From Elsinoe ampelina (Eukaryota): a stretch of 64,000 bases of DNA. Both the position numbers and the translations under genes were made by a program. The notes under the pieces were generated by a model that saw nothing but the letters and a program-made list of their open reading frames with translations, did no database searches and was not told where the DNA came from. Positions 59,484-64,000 of the stretch are shown piece after piece. Where the stretch lies: assembly GCA_010093995.1 (NCBI GenBank), contig ML992514.1, positions 1 to 64,000 of the forward strand, written 5' to 3'. Every line of letters begins with the position of its first letter. Within the stretch, counting starts at the first letter, position 1.

Positions 59484-62237
59484 ATGAGCACCCCAAACAA
59501 GCGACGGAAGAAGAATGATTATGCGGCATCGACTCAGCCAGTCAAGAGCTTGGATTTCTTCTTTGGCAAGCAAAAGGACTCCAAAGTAGCAGGACCTACA
59601 ACTCAAGGACGAGTGCTGGAAGAGACACCACACGTACCCCTCTCGGATGAAGACTATGCCAGGAAGCTCCAAGCAGAGTGGGCCGAGGAGGATAGACAGC
59701 AAGCCAATGGCTCTCTCAATGGGCCTGAAAGTGTGGGACAAGAAGTACAAGACGAGGCCGACGAACTGTACACAAGATCTTTCCGAACCAACGTGAAACT
59801 GGAAAGAGACCAGAATGATCACGCCCAGCAAGACAATACAGAGGCGAAAGAGGCCGACTCTCCAGATGTAAAGCCAGAGCCAGCACCACCTCCCGCGAGG
59901 AATGCTTTCGCGAGTTTGGGCAAGAACACTCTTTCGCTGCAGTCAGCGACGGCTGAGGATGATGAGATCTCCAACACGGTACCTTTCGACCAATCGCCCT
60001 TCACGTTCGAGCCTCAGGACTACATCCAAGATCTCACGAAGGAATGGACCAAGGAAGGAGGCAATGTAACGTACTCGCTGCTGACTAGGTGTTTTGTGTT
60101 GATCAACTCTGCTCAATCGCGTATTAAGATTGTTGACACTCTCGTGAATCTTCTTCGAACAATCATTGAAGGAGACCCCGCATCTCTGCTTCCAGCAGTG
60201 TGGCTTGCGACGAACAGCATATCGCCTCCGTATATTGATATCGAGCTTGGTCTCGGAGGAAGTGCGATCTCCAAAGCCTTGAAGAAGGTCTGTGGCTTGG
60301 ATAATGCAGGACTAAAGACACTATACAACAAGTATGGCGATGCTGGTGACGTTGCGTTCGAGGCAAAGAAGCGACAGTCGCTCACACTGAAGAAGCCCAA
60401 ACCACTTACGATCAAAAGCGTCTTCGAATCGCTGCACAAGATTGCCAATGCCAAGGGGACTGGATGTCAAGAGATCAAACAGAAGATAGTCGAACGTCTC
60501 GTGCAAGATGCAAGAGGCGCGGAAGAATCTCGTTACATAGTCCGCACGCTTGTGCAGCACCTCAGGATAGGAGCAGTCAAGACGACGATGCTTATTGCTC
60601 TGTCCCGAGCATTCATGCTATCTAGGCCACCCGGAGCCGAATTCGACATCAAAGACAAGACTCAGCTGGCCAAGCTAAGCAAGCAGGATCTCGCGGAAGT
60701 CTGGTCGAAAGGGGAAGAACTGGTCAAAGCATGCTTCGCTCGCAGACCCAACTACAACGACCTTGTGCCTACCCTGCTCGAAGTAGGGAGCACATCGAAC
60801 GAATTGCTTTTGCGATGTGGTCTCTCAATGCACATTCCCTTGAGACCTATGTTGGGTGGCATCACGCGAGACATGGGAGAGATGCTTACCAAGCTCCAAG
60901 GCCGAGACTTCAGCTGCGAGTACAAGTATGATGGACAACGAGCACAGGTGCACTGCGATGCAAAGGGTAAAGTCACAATATTTTCAAGGCATCTAGAGGT
61001 CATGACAGATAAGTACCCGGATCTTGTTGCCTTGGTTCCGAAGATTCGTAGTGAAGGTGTCAGCAGCTTCATCATGGAAGGAGAAGTCGTTGCTGTGGAC
61101 AGAGAGAGTGGTGAGCTCAAACCATTCCAAATCCTCGCAAATCGAGCAAGGAAGGATGTCGTGGTGCAGTCCGTCAAGGTCGATGTCTGTCTTTTCTCAT
61201 TCGACCTCATGTACCTGAATGGCGAAGAGCTTCTGGACCGACCCTTCCGCGAGCGGCGTTCACTCCTGCGTAGCATGTTTGTGGAGATACCCAATCATTT
61301 CACATGGGTCAAGAGCTTGGATGCTACCTCAGCAGATGTCGAAGTTGTGTCAGACTTCTTCAAATCGGCCCTTGACATCAAATGCGAAGGCATCATGGTC
61401 AAGGTTTTGGACAATTTGCCCAACCCCGATCTCCTCGCCACTCTGGACGACGACGCAGCAGCTGCCATACCTGCAGCTGCACCTAGTGTCGATCCAAGTC
61501 GCACGACTCCACCTCCCACCACGACCGACTCACCCATCACTCCTTCCAAGCGATCAGCCTCCTCTGTCCCTCCCACTCCTTCCAAGAAGAAGACCAAGAA
61601 ACCCACCAAACCCCCCACCGACCCCGACGCCCCCGACGAGAAAAAAGGCGGCAGCCGCCGCAAAGCCCTCCTCTCCACCTACGAACCCGACAAACGCCTC
61701 GACTCCTGGCTCAAAGTCAAAAAAGACTACTCCACCACATCCGACACCATCGACCTCATCCCAATCGGCGGCTGGCACGGCCAAGGGCGCAAATCCGCGT
61801 GGTGGTCGCCCATCCTCATGGCCGCGCGCGACCCAGAAACCGGCTCCCTCTCCGCCGTGACGAAATGCATGTCCGGCTTCACCGACGCTTTCTACAAGGC
61901 CAACAAGGAGAAATACGCCCCGGACGGCGACAATACGCTCGGCGAGAGGCCGAGTTATGTCGAGTATGTGGGTCGGCCGGATGTTTGGTTCGAGCCGCAG
62001 GAGGTGTGGGAGATGGCGTTTGCGGATGTGACGGTCAGTCCGACGTATACGGCTGCGATTGGGCTGGTGAATGAGGATAAGGGGTTGAGTTTGAGGTTTC
62101 CGAGGTTTTTGAGGGTGCGGGAGGATAAGGGGGTTGAGGAGGCGAGCACGGTGGATTTTTTGGCGGGGTTGTACAGGAAGCAGGAGGCGAGGGGGCCGGA
62201 GAGGAAGGTGGGAGTGGAGGAGGGGGAGGAGGAGTGA
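59484..62237 (+). CDS. ATP-dependent DNA ligase I family protein, probably the second fungal paralogue (S. pombe Adl1-type)
   Basis: EYKYDGQRAQVH adenylation motif, EGEVVA, FDLMYLNG, EGIMVK, WLKVKKDY, SLRFPRFLRVREDK. Confidence 0.92.
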   Translation: MSTPNKRRKKNDYAASTQPVKSLDFFFGKQKDSKVAGPTTQGRVLEETPHVPLSDEDYARKLQAEWAEEDRQQANGSLNGPESVGQEVQDEADELYTRSFRTNVKLERDQNDHAQQDNTEAKEADSPDVKPEPAPPPARNAFASLGKNTLSLQSATAEDDEISNTVPFDQSPFTFEPQDYIQDLTKEWTKEGGNVTYSLLTRCFVLINSAQSRIKIVDTLVNLLRTIIEGDPASLLPAVWLATNSISPPYIDIELGLGGSAISKALKKVCGLDNAGLKTLYNKYGDAGDVAFEAKKRQSLTLKKPKPLTIKSVFESLHKIANAKGTGCQEIKQKIVERLVQDARGAEESRYIVRTLVQHLRIGAVKTTMLIALSRAFMLSRPPGAEFDIKDKTQLAKLSKQDLAEVWSKGEELVKACFARRPNYNDLVPTLLEVGSTSNELLLRCGLSMHIPLRPMLGGITRDMGEMLTKLQGRDFSCEYKYDGQRAQVHCDAKGKVTIFSRHLEVMTDKYPDLVALVPKIRSEGVSSFIMEGEVVAVDRESGELKPFQILANRARKDVVVQSVKVDVCLFSFDLMYLNGEELLDRPFRERRSLLRSMFVEIPNHFTWVKSLDATSADVEVVSDFFKSALDIKCEGIMVKVLDNLPNPDLLATLDDDAAAAIPAAAPSVDPSRTTPPPTTTDSPITPSKRSASSVPPTPSKKKTKKPTKPPTDPDAPDEKKGGSRRKALLSTYEPDKRLDSWLKVKKDYSTTSDTIDLIPIGGWHGQGRKSAWWSPILMAARDPETGSLSAVTKCMSGFTDAFYKANKEKYAPDGDNTLGERPSYVEYVGRPDVWFEPQEVWEMAFADVTVSPTYTAAIGLVNEDKGLSLRFPRFLRVREDKGVEEASTVDFLAGLYRKQEARGPERKVGVEEGEEE

Positions 62238-62363
62238 GATACCCTTGGTGCTATGACTTGGATGAGGATTTCTGCCGATTGGCGTGCATTCAGCTACAAT
62301 ACGTTTTCGACGTCACCTGTTGGAGGCCAGGGCCGCTCTCTTCCTTCCGTGCTCCGTGAAGCC

Positions 62364-64000
62364 TTAAATCCTGCTCTCCAAAGCCCTTCCATCCCTCAAC
62401 GCCACCAACTTGTCCACCGCCTCCTTCAAGGGCACCAATTCCCCCATCTTTTGTGTCTCGGGAAGATCTCTGTTCCTGATGTTTACCGTCCTCGTCTCTG
62501 ACTCCTTTGCTCCAAGCACGAAAATGAAGTTATACTGCGCCAATTGACCCGTGCGAATCTTCTTCTGCATTGTGTTGCCCGTGATATCCACGTCTGCGTG
62601 AAGCCCCTGCTCACGCAGGAGACCCTGAACCTCGAGCACGTAGGGGTTGACGGCCGGCATGACCGGTACGATGAGGACTTGGCGAGGAGAGAGCCAGAAG
62701 GGCCATTTGCCGGCGAAGTGCTCTGTAAGGATGGCGATGAAGCGTTCAAAGGAGCCGTAAATGGCACGATGAATCATGACCGGGCGAGCGCAGCCAGGGG
62801 TGAGGGCGCGACGGTAGTGGGTGTTATCTTTGAGCTCTTTAGGGTCTTTCGATTCCTCGGGAGCGGCGGCCGCGTCTGGTGCAATGGTAGAGGCAGCGGG
62901 ATCTTTCTTCTCGACGGCAGGGGATGTAGACATGACTTGTGCGCTGCCTTCTCGACCTTCGACACCTGACTCTGCTGCTCGGTATTCGAGGTTGAATTGT
63001 TGTGGTAGTTGGAAATCGAGCTGGATTGTGGCGCATTGAAACTCTCGCTTGAGAGCGTCCGAGATGGTGATGTCGATCTTTGGGCCGTAGAAGGCGCCGT
63101 CGCCTGGATTAAGCTCCCATTTGGAGCCACCCTCTGACGTGAACTGGTCGAGAGCTTTGGTGAGCTGAGCTTCTGCTTTGTCCCACGTGGCAATGTCACC
63201 AAGATGTCCCTCTGGTCGCGTGGAAAGCTTCATCTTGAAGGTGAAACCGAAACGACCATACACGGCACGAAGGAAGTCGAAGAGACCGAGGATTTCTTGT
63301 TCGACCTGGAGAATGTTAGATCATGGACGTGACTGGACGATCAGCCATTCACCGACCTGCTCTTCCGTGCAGAAGATATGCGTGTCGTCTTGCTGAAATC
63401 TTCGTACTCTCGTCAATCCCGTCAGAGCGCCTGATGCTTCGTTTCTGTGCAGTACGCCAAAGTCCGCGATGCGCATTGGTAGCTCACGGTAACTCCTCTC
63501 TCTGTGAGCGAAGAGAAGACAATGGCCAGGACAATTCATAGGTTTGAGCGCCCATTGGTCCTTCTCCACCTCGAAAGTAAACATATCATCCTTGTAATGT
63601 TGCCAGTGACCAGATTGTTTCCAGAGCGCAGAGTTGTACATGTTTGGTGACATGACTTCTTGGTACCCACGTCTCCAGTACTCGCCTCTCAAGAAGGCTT
63701 GCAGGGCATTGTAGATAATCATACCATGAGGAAGGAAGAAACTTGATCCAGGCGACATTTGATGAAAGAAAAACAGCTCTTGCTCTTGACCAATCTTGCG
63801 GTGATCTCTCTTCGCTGCCTCCTCGAGGTAGACCTTGTGCTCCTCCATCTGCTTCTTGTCTGGGAACGAAACACCGTAGATGCGCTGAAGAGAGTCGTTG
63901 GCAGCATCGCCCAGAAAGTAGGATGAAGAATTCTTCATAACCGCGAAGGCCTTGATTCGTCCAGTATGTGGCACATGTGGTCCTCTGCAGAGATCAATGA
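62364..64000 (-). CDS. THS1: Threonyl-tRNA synthetase (5' part outside window); intron 63306-63356
   Basis: [72 protein letters not shown]. Confidence 0.97.

Noticed and set aside
18637..62237. ECO1, UNG1 and ligase as a DNA-repair gene cluster
   Set aside because: Spread over 44 kb among unrelated genes; no evidence of physical clustering.

Overview
Eukaryotic nuclear DNA from a filamentous ascomycete (Pezizomycotina, Dothideomycete-like). It has short 44-55 nt GT-AG introns and RIP-mutated transposon relics. From about 12 kb to 64 kb it is mostly core genes: S10 carboxypeptidase, Doa4-like deubiquitinase, Eco1, Efm5, LACTB2-type metallo-beta-lactamase, Ung1, hybrid histidine kinase, Ptr2, Img2, eIF3e, Mdm35, GT61, Cho1, Ski3, a ligase I paralogue and ThrRS. 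Between them lie a U5 snRNA gene, two RIP-degraded IS630-Tc1-mariner elements and a tandem trio of GPI-anchored surface proteins. The first 12 kb is accessory: a Fot1/pogo end, orphan coiled-coil genes, a small Cys-rich effector-like gene and a MITE. The standout observation is a tRNA-Glu(CTC) gene (8773-8911, minus strand) with two interruptions. One is a normal 19-nt tRNA intron after position 37. The other is a 48-nt insert between tRNA positions 24 and 25 with spliceosomal-intron signals (GTAGGT...TCTAAC...AAG). Removing both restores a fully paired cloverleaf. All gene models and family assignments were read by eye; no searches were run.
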